Positions 36,563-47,166 of a stretch of 64,000 nucleotides of DNA are shown here, piece by piece. Every line of letters starts with the position of its first letter. Within the stretch, counting starts at the first letter, position 1. The DNA is from an uncultured Verrucomicrobiae bacterium (lineage in GTDB: Bacteria; Verrucomicrobiota; Verrucomicrobiia; Chthoniobacterales; UBA10450): the NCBI GenBank assembly GCA_963726745.1, contig CAVSDR010000007.1, positions 64,001 through 128,000 of the forward strand, written 5' to 3'. The notes beneath the pieces were generated by a model. That model saw nothing but the letters and a program-made list of their open reading frames with translations. It searched no databases and was not told the DNA's origin. Position numbers and translations under genes: made by a program.

Positions 36563-39067
36563 ATGCCTCCGCAATCCGCCGTCTCCCCCGCTCCCGCGCC
36601 GCACCTTCCCGGCCCCGTCTTCTCGCCTACGACCGGCACCTCGATCGACCCGCATGGGGAGCGCCGCGGCTTCGATTTCCGGCAGTTCTGGCATGCGCTC
36701 ATGGAGAAGCTCTGGATCCTCGCCCTCTGTGTTTTTGGCGGCTTCTTCCTCTCGTTAGGCTATCTCGCGAAAACGCCCAAGCTCTATCAGGGCCACATCG
36801 TGCTGGAGGTCGACGTCCAGGACCCGACGCCGATCCGCTCCGAGGACCCGACGATGCGCCTGCGCGCGATGTTTCTCGCCAGCCAGGAAGCGCTGCGCAC
36901 GATCGAGCAAAACCTCACCAATCGCAGCTTGCTCGCACGCGTGATTCGCTCCGAGGGCCTGGCCGAGGATGGTGGCCGCGCCTTGCTCGGGAAATCCGTA
37001 GTCAACGATCTCGGGAAGGAAAAGGATGCCGCCAAGGACAAGGCGCCCACACCCGCCCCGTTCACCGACGCCGGTTCCGGCGGGCCCACGATCGCACAGG
37101 CTACTTTTACGCCGCTTGAGGAAGCGCTCGGCGGCGCTCTCGCGCGCATGGTCAAGCCGGTGATTCGCCGCGGCACGCGCTTGATCGATGTCTACGTGAC
37201 CAACAGCGACCCGCAGCTCGCGCAGCGTCTGGCCGATTCTGTGGGGCGCGAATACATCCGCTATTCGATCGAGCGGCGCGCTTTCAGCAGCCAGGACATG
37301 CTCCGCTATCTCATGGAAGAAGAGGAGCGCCTGAAGAAAAATCTCCAAAAGAGCGAAGCCGCGGTCGCGGAATACAAAGCCACCACGCCGGATGCGCTCC
37401 AACTCGGCGGCGGCGCAGCCACCACGGGCAGCCAGCAAGGCGCGGGCAGCAGCGGCAGCCGGGGCGGCATCGTCGAGGATCGGCTGCAGGAATTAAGCAG
37501 CAAGTTGGGCCAGGCGAAGGCGGAGCGGATGCGCCTCGAGCACGAGCTGCAGCAGATCGGGGAACTCGGCGACAACGTCAGCGGCCTTCTTGCCGTGCCC
37601 AGCATCGCCGCCGCGCCGGCAGTGGTCGACCGTCGCCGCGATGTCGCCCAGCTCGAGGCCGCGGTGGCCCAGCTTTCGCAGCGCTACAAGGACAAGCATC
37701 CGAAAATGATGGCAGCGCGCGCCGCGCTCGATGAAGCCAAGGATGCCCTGCGCCGCACCGCGCTCGCGCAGCCGGATGTCTTGCGGAACCTCCTCGACCA
37801 AGCCAAAGCGGCCGAGAGCAACCTGGCCAGCACCACCGGCGAGCAGGAACAGGCGGCGAAGAATCTCAACCGCGCCGCCATTGGCTATCAGGAACTCGCG
37901 CGCCAGGCCGAGACCGATCGGGCGCTCTACGAGAGCGTCCTTCGCCAGATCAAGGAAACCAATCTGACCAAAGATGTGAAGACGAATGCGGTGAGCATGA
38001 TCGAGCGCTCGCCGCTTCCGGGCGCGCCTGTAAGTCCGCAGCCGAAAAAGGCCATCCTGCTTGGCCTCCTCGGCGGTCTCGCCGCCGGCCTTGGTTTGGT
38101 CTACGGCCTCGACATTCTCGATCGCTCGATCAAAACCGTCGACCAGGCAGAGGCGATCCTTGGTTTGCCGGTGCTCGCAGCCATGCCGGAGATCAGCAAG
38201 GAAGACGCTGCCGAGGGGACGACAATCAAAGCCGCGCCGCCCGCAGCCAGTTACCGTCTGGTCGCGGAAGCGCCGGAAGGGCCGGCCGCAGAAGCGTTCC
38301 GGAATCTGCGCGCCTCGCTTTCGCTCCTGGGCCCGGAAGCCGAGCGCCGCGTCTTCCTCTTCACCAGCGCGGTCCCGAGCGAAGGGAAAAGTTTCTCCAG
38401 CGCGAACTACTCGTTAGCCCTCGCGCAGCAAGGTCATCGCGTGCTTTTGATTGATGGCGATCTCCGCCGTCCGAGCCTGCACAAGATTTTCCTGCCTACG
38501 CAGTCGACGCAGCAGCCCGAGGAAATTCCCGGCATCGTCGACTATCTCGTGGGCGCAACTGATCTCGCCTCCGCGGTCCATTCCGTGACTGCCGACCGCC
38601 TCGATCCTTCCCTGCAAAAAGGCAACCAATCGAACATCATCGCCGCCACTGCCGGCCAGCTATTCATCCTCACCGGCGGCCGGCGCGCGCCGAACCCGGC
38701 CGAACTCTTGAGCGGCCCATCGTTCGCCCGATTGGTCGCGGAAGCTTCGCAAATGTTCGACCGCGTGGTCATCGACACCGCGCCCATTCTCGCGGTTAGC
38801 GACACGCTTTTGATGACGCCGATGGTGCAGACCGTGTGCGTGGTCGTGCGGGCAAACAAGACGCCGCGCAATGCCGTCCAGCGCGCGCTCGGGATGCTCG
38901 CGGGCGCCGGCGGCCGGCCGGCCGGGGTGATCTTGAACCGGCTCCCGCGAAATCGTGGTGCTGGCTACTATTACTACTACGCTTCCCCCGGCTACGGCAA
39001 AGGCGAGGGCGCCTACGGGAGCACCAGTGAGCGCTCACGGCGCTCGGGCAAAACCCGCGCGAGCTAA
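36563..39067 (+). CDS. wzc: Polysaccharide co-polymerase tyrosine autokinase
   Basis: EAFRNLR, SAVPSEGKS Walker A, IDGDLRRP, PNPAELL, DTAP and a C-terminal YYYYY cluster. Confidence 0.92.
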   Translation: MPPQSAVSPAPAPHLPGPVFSPTTGTSIDPHGERRGFDFRQFWHALMEKLWILALCVFGGFFLSLGYLAKTPKLYQGHIVLEVDVQDPTPIRSEDPTMRLRAMFLASQEALRTIEQNLTNRSLLARVIRSEGLAEDGGRALLGKSVVNDLGKEKDAAKDKAPTPAPFTDAGSGGPTIAQATFTPLEEALGGALARMVKPVIRRGTRLIDVYVTNSDPQLAQRLADSVGREYIRYSIERRAFSSQDMLRYLMEEEERLKKNLQKSEAAVAEYKATTPDALQLGGGAATTGSQQGAGSSGSRGGIVEDRLQELSSKLGQAKAERMRLEHELQQIGELGDNVSGLLAVPSIAAAPAVVDRRRDVAQLEAAVAQLSQRYKDKHPKMMAARAALDEAKDALRRTALAQPDVLRNLLDQAKAAESNLASTTGEQEQAAKNLNRAAIGYQELARQAETDRALYESVLRQIKETNLTKDVKTNAVSMIERSPLPGAPVSPQPKKAILLGLLGGLAAGLGLVYGLDILDRSIKTVDQAEAILGLPVLAAMPEISKEDAAEGTTIKAAPPAASYRLVAEAPEGPAAEAFRNLRASLSLLGPEAERRVFLFTSAVPSEGKSFSSANYSLALAQQGHRVLLIDGDLRRPSLHKIFLPTQSTQQPEEIPGIVDYLVGATDLASAVHSVTADRLDPSLQKGNQSNIIAATAGQLFILTGGRRAPNPAELLSGPSFARLVAEASQMFDRVVIDTAPILAVSDTLLMTPMVQTVCVVVRANKTPRNAVQRALGMLAGAGGRPAGVILNRLPRNRGAGYYYYYASPGYGKGEGAYGSTSERSRRSGKTRAS

Positions 39068-40047
39068 GCCAGCTCCGCCAGTTCCGCCTGCACCATCTCG
39101 CTGACTAATTCCTCGAAGGTCGTCCGCGGGGCCCATCCGAGCTCGCGCTGAATCTTCTCGGGCGAGCCGACAAGCTGGGTGGGCTCGGCCGGCCGGGTCA
39201 GGGCTTCGCTCCGGCGCAGGTATTTCTCGGGAGCCAACTTCACTTCCGCGAAGGCCGCCTCCACAAAGTCCTGCACCGAGTGCGTCTGCCCCGTGGCCAC
39301 GATGTAATCGTCAGCCGTCGGGTGCTGCAGCATGCGCCACATCGCCTCGACGTATTCGCGCGCGTGTCCCCAGTCGCGTCGCGCGGAAGTGTCGCCGAGC
39401 ACGAGTTCGTCTTCCATCCCGCGCGCGATCCGCGCGACCGCGCGCGCGATCTTCCGCGTAACGAAGTTTTCCCCGCGCCGCGGCGACTCGTGGTTATAGA
39501 GAATGCCGTTGCAAGCGAAGAGCCCGTAAGATTGCCGGTAAACCCGCACCATCTGGCTGGCAAAAACCTTGGCCACGCCATACGGGCTGGTCGGGGCAAA
39601 GCGGGTTTCCTCGGTTTGCGGCGACTCGCTCGCCCGGCCGAAAACCTCCGAGGTCGAGGCATGGTAAAACTTTACCGGCTGCGGCTGGTCGCGCACGATC
39701 TCCAGCAATCGCAAAGTAGCCATCGCGATCTCTTCGCAGGTCGATTCCGGAATCTCGAAACTCAAACCAACGTGGCTTTGTCCTGCGAGATGGTAGACCT
39801 CACTCGGCCGCACGTTTGCGAAAATTCGCCGGAGCGTCGTCCCGTCCGAGAGATCGCCGTAGTGCAGCGACAGGCATTCACCGGTGCCGGCTTCTTCGCG
39901 CCGCAGATGCTCGATGCGCGAGCGCGCAATATTGCTCGTGCGCCGCACGATCCCGTGGACCGCGTAGCCTTTGCCGAGGAGCAGCTCGGTGAGATACGAT
40001 CCGTCCTGTCCCGTAATCCCGGTGATGAGCGCAATCTTCTCGGCCAT
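39064..40047 (-). CDS. gmd: GDP-mannose 4,6-dehydratase
   Basis: ITGITGQDGSYL, QSHVGLSF, SPYGVAK, NHESPRRG..FVTRKI and RDWGHA motifs. Confidence 0.95.
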   Translation of the reverse strand: MAEKIALITGITGQDGSYLTELLLGKGYAVHGIVRRTSNIARSRIEHLRREEAGTGECLSLHYGDLSDGTTLRRIFANVRPSEVYHLAGQSHVGLSFEIPESTCEEIAMATLRLLEIVRDQPQPVKFYHASTSEVFGRASESPQTEETRFAPTSPYGVAKVFASQMVRVYRQSYGLFACNGILYNHESPRRGENFVTRKIARAVARIARGMEDELVLGDTSARRDWGHAREYVEAMWRMLQHPTADDYIVATGQTHSVQDFVEAAFAEVKLAPEKYLRRSEALTRPAEPTQLVGSPEKIQRELGWAPRTTFEELVSEMVQAELAELA

Positions 40048-40089
40048 GTGGCTGTTTGCTTACCGCCCCGGGGGAGCGTGCGCAACTCG

Positions 40090-41337
40090 TTAGGCCGCCG
40101 CTTCCAGCTCCGCGCGGCTGATTCCGCGGAGCTCGTAGAGCCGGATGAGCGTCTCTTCGATCAAATTGTTCGGGCACGATGCACCCGCGGTAATGCCGGC
40201 AAGAATGCGGCCTTCCGGCAGCCAGCCGCGCGTCACGACTTCCGCTTTCTGGTGCAGGTCGTAATGCGTGATTTCCTCGCGCGAGTTCAACCGCGAAGCG
40301 TTGCGCACGAAATAGGTCGGCAATTTCTCCTCGCCCATTTCCGCCAGGTGCGAAGTGTTTGAGGAGTTGTAGCCGCCGACCACGAGCAGGAAATCCATCG
40401 GCGCCGTGAGCAACTCGCGGAGCGCATCCTGGCGTTCCTGCGTCGCCCCGCAAATGGTGTCGAAGAAGCGGAAATTCTGCGCCCCCAGCTCGGCTCCGTC
40501 GCGGTCCGCGATCGCCTGGCGGATGCGGCGCTGCACTTCCTCCGTTTCGCCACGCAGCATCGTCGTCTGGTTGGCTACGCCGACCGTCCGGAGATGCAGG
40601 TCGGGATCGAAACCGGGAGAGTAGGCGTCGCGAAACTTTTCCAGAAACTGCTGCTTGTCTCCGCCGTGGCGGATGTATTCGCAGACGTAATCCGTCTCCG
40701 CGAGCGTCAGGACCACGAGGTAATGCCCCTTGCCGTCGCCGAGCGCGCGCGAGCTGGTCGCCTTCGTTTCCTCATGCTCGGCTTTCCCGTGAATGATCGA
40801 GGTGGCCGATTCGCTGGCGTATTTCCGCACCCGTTTCCAGACACTCATGACGTCGCCGCAAGTCGTGTCCACGATCTGGCAGCCGCGCTCCTTGATTTTC
40901 TGCATCGTCGCCATCTCGGTGCCAAAAGCCGGGACGATGACCACATCCTCGGGCTGGAGATCATCGATCTCGGCCTCCTTGCCCGGGCCCATCAGGTTCT
41001 TGATCCCTAACGAGCGGATCTGCTCGTTCACCTCCGGGTTATGAATGATCTCGCCGAGAATGAAGAGCCGCCGATCCTGGAAAACTTTCCGTGCGGCATA
41101 GGCCAGGTCGATCGCCCGCTCGACGCCGTAGCAAAAGCCGAATTGCTTCGCCAGCCGCACGGTGATGTCGCCCACGCTGATGATCCCACCATTGCGCCGC
41201 ACCTTGTCGACGATGTCGCTGCGATAATGCGTCTCCACCTGCTCCTGCACCGCCGTCATCACTTCGGGCGTGCGCAGGTTCACCTTCTTTTGCAAGGCAG
41301 GGGCGCCGGGGACCAGGTTTGTAGTCACAGCGAGCAC
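40090..41337 (-). CDS. ispH: 4-hydroxy-3-methylbut-2-enyl diphosphate reductase
   Basis: FGFCYGVERA, IIHNP, DTTC, NQTTM, DTICGATQERQ, SSNT and TAGAS motifs. Confidence 0.95.
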   Translation of the reverse strand: MLAVTTNLVPGAPALQKKVNLRTPEVMTAVQEQVETHYRSDIVDKVRRNGGIISVGDITVRLAKQFGFCYGVERAIDLAYAARKVFQDRRLFILGEIIHNPEVNEQIRSLGIKNLMGPGKEAEIDDLQPEDVVIVPAFGTEMATMQKIKERGCQIVDTTCGDVMSVWKRVRKYASESATSIIHGKAEHEETKATSSRALGDGKGHYLVVLTLAETDYVCEYIRHGGDKQQFLEKFRDAYSPGFDPDLHLRTVGVANQTTMLRGETEEVQRRIRQAIADRDGAELGAQNFRFFDTICGATQERQDALRELLTAPMDFLLVVGGYNSSNTSHLAEMGEEKLPTYFVRNASRLNSREEITHYDLHQKAEVVTRGWLPEGRILAGITAGASCPNNLIEETLIRLYELRGISRAELEAAA

Positions 41338-41361
41338 TATCGGGCAAAGCCCGGCGCGGCG

Positions 41362-42024
41362 CTAGTCCTCCAGCAACGGACCGGCGGGCCGCGAAAAGGC
41401 CTCATCGGAAATGGAAACGCGCAACGGCGGATCAGGCGTCTTCGAGTCGTCGATCCGCTGGATCTTTGGCCCGATGGTCGCGTCCTCCGGCTGGGTCTCG
41501 GCGATGCTCACGGGCGTGCCGATCTTCACCAGCGCGTAGAACTTCGCCGCCGCTTCACCCTTCAAGCGCAGGCAGCCGTGGCTGCGCGGGCGCACATGGA
41601 CGAAGCCCTGATGAAAACCGTAGGCGGGCGAGAATTCACACCAGTAGCCCATCGGATAGCCGACATATTTGCCGGGAATATTCTTCCCCGCTTCCGCCGG
41701 GATGATGCGGTCGCCTTGCACCCGAAAGCCGTAGGAGCCGGAGCGTTTCTTCTCGATCTTGTTATAGATTTTGAAGTTCCCTTTCGGCGTGGCTTTGCCG
41801 GGGATGCCGACGGTCGTGGCCACCGCCATGAGCACGCGGTCGCCTTCCATCACGTAGACGTTTTGCTTCGCGAGCGAAACTTTCACCCGCACGTTGCTTG
41901 GGTTGTTCGGACGCTTCGCGACCACATGGTAGCTACCGCCGCCGGTGCCGCCAGTTTCGCAACTGGTCAGCAAGGCCGCACCCGCAAGCGCGGCAAGGAA
42001 CGAGAAACGGGAAAGGAGTCGCAT
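41362..42024 (-). CDS. L,D-transpeptidase (YkuD) family lipoprotein
   Basis: Lipobox LTSC, TPKGNF and H..SHGCLRL catalytic motif. Confidence 0.88.
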   Translation of the reverse strand: MRLLSRFSFLAALAGAALLTSCETGGTGGGSYHVVAKRPNNPSNVRVKVSLAKQNVYVMEGDRVLMAVATTVGIPGKATPKGNFKIYNKIEKKRSGSYGFRVQGDRIIPAEAGKNIPGKYVGYPMGYWCEFSPAYGFHQGFVHVRPRSHGCLRLKGEAAAKFYALVKIGTPVSIAETQPEDATIGPKIQRIDDSKTPDPPLRVSISDEAFSRPAGPLLED

Positions 42025-42058
42025 AGGTGTGCTATTTGGCCGTGGCTCGTTCGCCTTG

Positions 42059-43060
42059 TCAACCGGTGACCGGTGGCGCGGCGATCACGCGCCCCGCCTC
42101 TTCTTTCTCCATCCGCCGGAGGAGTTTTTCGAAATGCGGCGAGCGATTCGCGTAGGCCGGATACGTCTGCGTGGCGCCATCCGGCCGGTAGCGCCAGTGC
42201 TTGTACATCCACAGCCAGGGTGCCGGGTTCGCGCGGATCACCGGCTCGAATTCATTCCAGCAAGCTTGCGCGATTTCCTGGTGCGTCGCCTCCGGCGGGA
42301 AGGAAAGCGCAGGCCGCAGGACCAGCCGATAGCGTCCATCCGGGAGCGGCTCGCAATACGTTGGGATGATCGGCGCGCCCGTCCGCTGGTGCAGAAAAGC
42401 ATGCGCGAAAGTCACACAGGTCTTCAGTCCAAAGCATTCGATCGGCACACTCGGCAGCTTCGCCGGCACCGTCAGGTCGACAGCCAGCGTCACGCTCCGC
42501 CCGGCCTGCAGCGCTTTATACAAACGCAGGATCGCGCCTTCGCGCCGGATCGTCTGGTGGCCGGAGAGTTCGCGCAGTTGATTAAAGGTCCGGTTCAGCA
42601 GGGGGTTCTTGAATTTCTGCGTCACCACCGTGCAGGGGAAACCGCGCAAACCGAGCGCGAGCGCGATCCACTCGAATCCTCCGTAATGCAGGCAGGCAAA
42701 GATCAACCCGCGATCCCCACGTTCCGCGCGCAATTGCTCCAGCGCAGAGAGATCAAGATACTGCTCCACATTTTCTCTCGTTAGGCGGCCGCTCCAGAAG
42801 AGGTCGCCCATGGCGCGCTCGAAGTATTGGTAGGATTGCCGCACCAGCGTCGCCCGCTCGCTCGCGCTCTTTTCCGGGAAAACCGTCGCCAGGTTAGCCA
42901 GCGCGATCGCCCGGCCCGGCCGGTGAATCTGCGGCGCGGCAAATCCGGTCACGTCCGCGATCCGCTGCCAAAAACCGCGCGGCAACGCCGGCACCAGATG
43001 CGCCAGGCCGCGCAGCCCGAGCCATTCCAACCAATGTCGCCAGCGTTTCCAGTGCACCAT
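42059..43060 (-). CDS. Lipid A late acyltransferase (LpxL/HtrB family)
   Basis: HYGGFE HX4E motif, NPLL, FG and [11 protein letters not shown]. Confidence 0.85.
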   Translation of the reverse strand: MVHWKRWRHWLEWLGLRGLAHLVPALPRGFWQRIADVTGFAAPQIHRPGRAIALANLATVFPEKSASERATLVRQSYQYFERAMGDLFWSGRLTRENVEQYLDLSALEQLRAERGDRGLIFACLHYGGFEWIALALGLRGFPCTVVTQKFKNPLLNRTFNQLRELSGHQTIRREGAILRLYKALQAGRSVTLAVDLTVPAKLPSVPIECFGLKTCVTFAHAFLHQRTGAPIIPTYCEPLPDGRYRLVLRPALSFPPEATHQEIAQACWNEFEPVIRANPAPWLWMYKHWRYRPDGATQTYPAYANRSPHFEKLLRRMEKEEAGRVIAAPPVTG

Positions 43061-43068
43061 CTTGCTGC

Positions 43069-44076
43069 CTAACGAGCGGCTGGCTGCGGCAGGAGCGTCC
43101 GGTCGAGCTTGGCGTACGCCGGCCGGGCCGCGATTTGTTCGAAGGCGTGCGACTCGCTCGCGTAAAACGGGTAGGGCCGCGCGGCCTGCATCGGCCGGTA
43201 GCGCCAGTGCTTATACATCCACATCCAGGGCGCAGGTTGTCGCCTAACGACCGGTTCAAAAGCATCCCAGCAAGCCTGTGCGATCTCCTGGTGCGTCGCT
43301 TTAGCCGGCAACTTCACCGCCGGGAGCAGAACCACCCGGTAGCGCCCGTCGGCCAGCGGCTCGCTGTAGATCGGGATCAAGGGCGCGCCCGTCCGTTCCG
43401 CCAGCCAGGCATGCGCCACGGTGATGATCGTCTTCATTCCGAAGCACTCGATCACCACCGTCGGGTGGTGCGGCGGCAGGGTGGTATCAACTAAGAGCGC
43501 CGCGCGTCCGCCTTTCCGCAGGATCTTGAAGAGCTTCACCAGCGCCCCCTGGCGCGGCACGTTTTGATGCCCCGGACTTTCGCGCAGAGCGGTAAAGAAA
43601 CGATCGAGCAGCGGGTTCTTAAACTCCTGCGTGGTCACCGCGCAGGGCAATCCGAGATACGCCGTCGCCGGGCTCATCCACTCGAAGTTGCTGTAGTGAA
43701 AGCCGCACAAAATGCAGCTCTGCTCCGGGCCGAGTTCCGCCCGCAGGCGCTCGACGTTCTCGAACTCGATGTAGTCGGCTAAATTTTCCGGCGTCAGCCG
43801 CGGCCCCCAAAAAAGGTCAAGCATCGCGCGCGCAAAGTGCCGGTAAGATTCGCGCGCGATCGCCGCAACCTCTTCCCCGCCGCGCTCCGGAAAGGCCGCC
43901 TGCAAATTCGCCCGCGCCACCGCCATTCCGCGTCGATCGAACCGCGCCGCCAGCCCGCCCAGGAATCCCCCCAGTCGGTAACAAGCCGCACGCGAAAGCC
44001 GCGGCACGATGAGTTGCACCGCCATCAAGGCGAGCCACTCCAGCCGATGCCGCACCCGTTTCCAAAAACGCCTCAC
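43069..44076 (-). CDS. Lipid A late acyltransferase (LpxL/HtrB family), tandem paralog
   Basis: HYSNFE, NPLL and [11 protein letters not shown] motifs. Confidence 0.85.
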   Translation of the reverse strand: MRRFWKRVRHRLEWLALMAVQLIVPRLSRAACYRLGGFLGGLAARFDRRGMAVARANLQAAFPERGGEEVAAIARESYRHFARAMLDLFWGPRLTPENLADYIEFENVERLRAELGPEQSCILCGFHYSNFEWMSPATAYLGLPCAVTTQEFKNPLLDRFFTALRESPGHQNVPRQGALVKLFKILRKGGRAALLVDTTLPPHHPTVVIECFGMKTIITVAHAWLAERTGAPLIPIYSEPLADGRYRVVLLPAVKLPAKATHQEIAQACWDAFEPVVRRQPAPWMWMYKHWRYRPMQAARPYPFYASESHAFEQIAARPAYAKLDRTLLPQPAAR

Positions 44077-44133
44077 CCGCGCAGCCTACGCAATCTTCTC
44101 GACGCCCGCGAGCGCCCGCGGCAAGAAGAGCGC

Positions 44134-44820
44134 ATGGCCCATGCGGTGGTTCTCGTGAGCGGCGGTTTGGATTCGGCGGTCACGCTCGCCTGCGCGCGTG
44201 CACTCGGCTTCCACACGCACGCGCTTTCCTTTCGCTACGGCCAGCGGCATGCGGTGGAATTAGACGCTGCGCGCCGCGTGGCTGACTCGTTAGGCGCGAT
44301 CGAGCAACGCGTGGCTGAGATCGACCTGCGGCTCTTCGGCGGCTCGGCTTTAACCGACGAGATCGCGGTCCCGCGCGCCCGTTCCGCCGAAGAAATGGCG
44401 GGCGGGATCCCGATCACCTATGTGCCCGCGCGGAACACGATCTTTCTTTCCTACGCGCTCGCTTGGGCGGAGGTGCTCGGGGCCCGTGACATTTTCATCG
44501 GGGTGAATGCGGTCGATTACAGCGGCTACCCGGATTGCCGGCCGGAGTTTCTCAAAGCCTTCGAGCACCTCGCCGCGCTCGCGACCAAGGCTGGGGTGGA
44601 AGGCGAGCGCTTCCGCGTGCACGCGCCGCTGCTCCGCCTAACGAAAGCTGAGATCGTGGAGAAAGGGACAGAATTAGGCGTCGACTTCGCGCTCACGCAC
44701 AGTTGCTACGATCCCACACCGGCAGGCGTGGCCTGTGGCTTGTGCGATTCCTGCCAGCTCCGGCTGAAGGGATTCCGCGAAGCCGGGCTCTCCGATCCAG
44801 TGCGCTACGTCGCGCGATGA
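44134..44820 (+). CDS. queC: 7-cyano-7-deazaguanine synthase
   Basis: [27 protein letters not shown] and CGLCDSC motifs. Confidence 0.96.
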   Translation: MAHAVVLVSGGLDSAVTLACARALGFHTHALSFRYGQRHAVELDAARRVADSLGAIEQRVAEIDLRLFGGSALTDEIAVPRARSAEEMAGGIPITYVPARNTIFLSYALAWAEVLGARDIFIGVNAVDYSGYPDCRPEFLKAFEHLAALATKAGVEGERFRVHAPLLRLTKAEIVEKGTELGVDFALTHSCYDPTPAGVACGLCDSCQLRLKGFREAGLSDPVRYVAR

Positions 44821-44975
44821 AACGCCTGCGCCAGGTCTTCCCGCTGACCGTGCCGGAGCAGCGGCTGGTGCTCGCGCTGCTCCTCGCGTGGGTGCTTTAT
44901 CTGTTCTTCGTCAGCGGACGAAACGAGCCACGGCCGACGCTTCAACCTTCGCCCAGCCCGGGGATGCGCCCGTAA
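44817..44975 (+). CDS. Small membrane protein (52 aa)
   Basis: ATGA overlap with the queC stop; [16 protein letters not shown] followed by a TM helix. Confidence 0.5.
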   Translation: MKRLRQVFPLTVPEQRLVLALLLAWVLYLFFVSGRNEPRPTLQPSPSPGMRP

Positions 44976-45832
44976 CCGACGAAATCGGGAATGCGGCCGT
45001 TGGTTGCCGCCCGGCCCGGACGCGAGACGCGGAAATCGAAGACGCTGACGCCGTAGCGCGACTCGTCGTGATAAGTGCGGCCGTCGCTCGAGCCGATCAT
45101 CACCCGGCGGCCGCTCCCCTTCTCTTTCCCCAGGTAAATCATCGTGTGCGTCACCGGCGGATCACGCTCGACATCGTAAGTGCCGCTCCAGAAAAGCAGG
45201 TCGCCCGGCTTAAGTTTTTCCAGCTCGAAAGTGTCGTCTTTCCGGCTTACCACCGCTTCAAAATGGCCGGCCTTTCGCACCCAGCTGTATTGCCCACTGG
45301 CGTCGCGCGGCACTTCCTTGAGTCCGTTCTCGCGCAGCACGTAGGCGATAAAGCCCGAGCAATCCATTCCGCCATTCGCCGGATCGTCCGAGCCATATTT
45401 ATAGCTCAGGTCGCGCGCGGCCAGGGCCAGCGCGGACTCGATCAGCCGCTGCACCGGCGCCGGGTAGTCCTCGAAGCCGGCGAGGTCGCTCGAGGCAATG
45501 GCGACGCCGGCAGGCTTCGCTTTCTTCTCGTTAGGCGACGCGCTGGGCGACGGACTGGGCGAGGGGCTTTCCGCCGGGGTCGGCGAGGGACTGGGCGAAG
45601 GCGACGGGCTGGGACTGGGCTTTGGACTCGGTGAAGGTGACGGCTGTTTTTTCTTCTTGGTCGAGGAGGAAGAGGAGCTGCTGCTCTTCTTCTTTTTCTT
45701 CGGCGGCGGCGTCGGCTGGAAGATCTGCTTGATCTTGCTGCCTAACGACGGCTCCGGCTGGTTCGCCGCGGAGGCCCCAAGAGCAAGCGCGCCCACGAGG
45801 AGCGCCGCCAGAATTAGCCGGCCACTTCTCAA
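44942..45832 (-). CDS. Secreted NlpC/P60 (C40) peptidase with Lys/Ser/Pro-rich linker
   Basis: Signal peptide, (PS)n linker, YKYG..GMDCSG, PRDAS.QY, LKPGDLLF and THTMIYLG motifs; TTG 45832 overlaps the upstream stop. Confidence 0.88.
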   Translation of the reverse strand: MRSGRLILAALLVGALALGASAANQPEPSLGSKIKQIFQPTPPPKKKKKSSSSSSSSTKKKKQPSPSPSPKPSPSPSPSPSPSPTPAESPSPSPSPSASPNEKKAKPAGVAIASSDLAGFEDYPAPVQRLIESALALAARDLSYKYGSDDPANGGMDCSGFIAYVLRENGLKEVPRDASGQYSWVRKAGHFEAVVSRKDDTFELEKLKPGDLLFWSGTYDVERDPPVTHTMIYLGKEKGSGRRVMIGSSDGRTYHDESRYGVSVFDFRVSRPGRAATNGRIPDFVGYGRIPGLGEG

Positions 45833-47166
45833 CGCGAAAGTTCCAGGAGGACGGCTTTGTTCAGGCGGATGCCGACGTCGAGATGCTCCAGCGGAAAGTT
45901 CTCGTTCGGCGAATGCGCCCGGCAATCGGCCAGCGCGAGCCCGAGCAGGAGCGTCTCCACGCCCATGATCGTGCGGAACTGCGAGGTGATCGGGATGCTC
46001 CCGCCTTCGCGGATGAGCGCCGGTTCCTTGCCATCAAAGGCGTCGCGCAAGGCGCGCTGCGCCGCCTTGCCGACCTCCGAGTGCGGGTCGGTGAGATACC
46101 ACGGGCCGCTGTGGCCATCGACGATCTCCATGGTCACGCCCGGCGGGCAATGTTTCCGCAGGTGCGCCTTGGCCAGCTCGAGAATCTTCGGGCCCTCCTG
46201 GTTCGGGACCAGGCGGAAGGTGAGCTTCGCGAAGGCGTGACTGGCGATCACTGTCTTCGTCCCCGGCCCTTGGTAGCCGCCGCCGATGCCGTTGATCTCC
46301 GCGGTCGGCCGAGCCCACAAACGCTCGAGCGTGCTGTAGCCTTCTTCTCCGTAGAGCGCGGGCGAACCGGTTTCGTCGAGAATGTCCTTGTCGCCATCGA
46401 TCGGCAATTTCCGCCAGGCTTCGCGTTCCCAATCTTCCAGCGGCTTGACCGCATCGTAGAAACCTTCGATCGCGATGTGGCCATTCTTGTCGTGAATCGT
46501 GGCGAGCAATTGCGCGAGCGCAGTGATCGGGTTCGCGACCGCCCCGCCGAACATCCCCGAGTGCAAATCCATCTTCGAGCCGGTCATCTTGATCTCGAGC
46601 GCGGTCACGCCGCGCAGGCCGTAGCTTAAAGTCGGCACGCCTTTGGCGATCATCCCGGTATCGGAGACGACGACCACGTCCGAGCGCAGTTCCTCGAGAT
46701 TCTGCGAGAGAAAATTGCCCAGGTTATCGCTCCCGATTTCTTCCTCGCCCTCGATGATCAAGTGAAGGTTCACCGGCAAGTCGCCGTCTTTCTCGATCGT
46801 CTCCTGGATGCCGAGGATGTGCGCCAGGATCTGGCCCTTGTTATCGGTCGCGCCGCGCGCGTAGACGTAGCCGTCCTTGAGCACGGGATCGAACGGCGGC
46901 GAATCCCAAAGCTCGAGCGGATCGGGCGGTTGCACGTCGTAATGCCCGTAGATCATCACCGTCTTGCGGCCAGCTTGATGTTTATTTTTCGCCCAGACGA
47001 CAGGATGGCCGGGCGTCGGGACGAGCTTCGCCTCCAGGCCGATCGCGGTCAGCTTCTCCACCAGCCAATGCGCGCACTCCGCCACTTTTTCGGAGTAAGC
47101 TTCATCGGTCGAAACGCTCGGGAACCGCAGGAAGGTGTAGTAATCTTCGAGATGACTGGCGCGCAT
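45829..47166 (-). CDS. M20 family dipeptidase
   Basis: YGHYDVQP, ARGATDNKGQ, EGEEE, DLHSG, GGSIP and HSPNE motifs. Confidence 0.92.
   Translation of the reverse strand: MRASHLEDYYTFLRFPSVSTDEAYSEKVAECAHWLVEKLTAIGLEAKLVPTPGHPVVWAKNKHQAGRKTVMIYGHYDVQPPDPLELWDSPPFDPVLKDGYVYARGATDNKGQILAHILGIQETIEKDGDLPVNLHLIIEGEEEIGSDNLGNFLSQNLEELRSDVVVVSDTGMIAKGVPTLSYGLRGVTALEIKMTGSKMDLHSGMFGGAVANPITALAQLLATIHDKNGHIAIEGFYDAVKPLEDWEREAWRKLPIDGDKDILDETGSPALYGEEGYSTLERLWARPTAEINGIGGGYQGPGTKTVIASHAFAKLTFRLVPNQEGPKILELAKAHLRKHCPPGVTMEIVDGHSGPWYLTDPHSEVGKAAQRALRDAFDGKEPALIREGGSIPITSQFRTIMGVETLLLGLALADCRAHSPNENFPLEHLDVGIRLNKAVLLELSR

Noticed and set aside
44134..44820. queC as part of a defence or DNA-modification system (QatC, Dpd)
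   Set aside because: It has canonical QueC length and motifs, with housekeeping neighbours only.
45535..45640. Short tandem repeats as a CRISPR or VNTR
   Set aside because: They encode the Pro-Ser linker of the NlpC/P60 protein; there are no spacers or cas genes.
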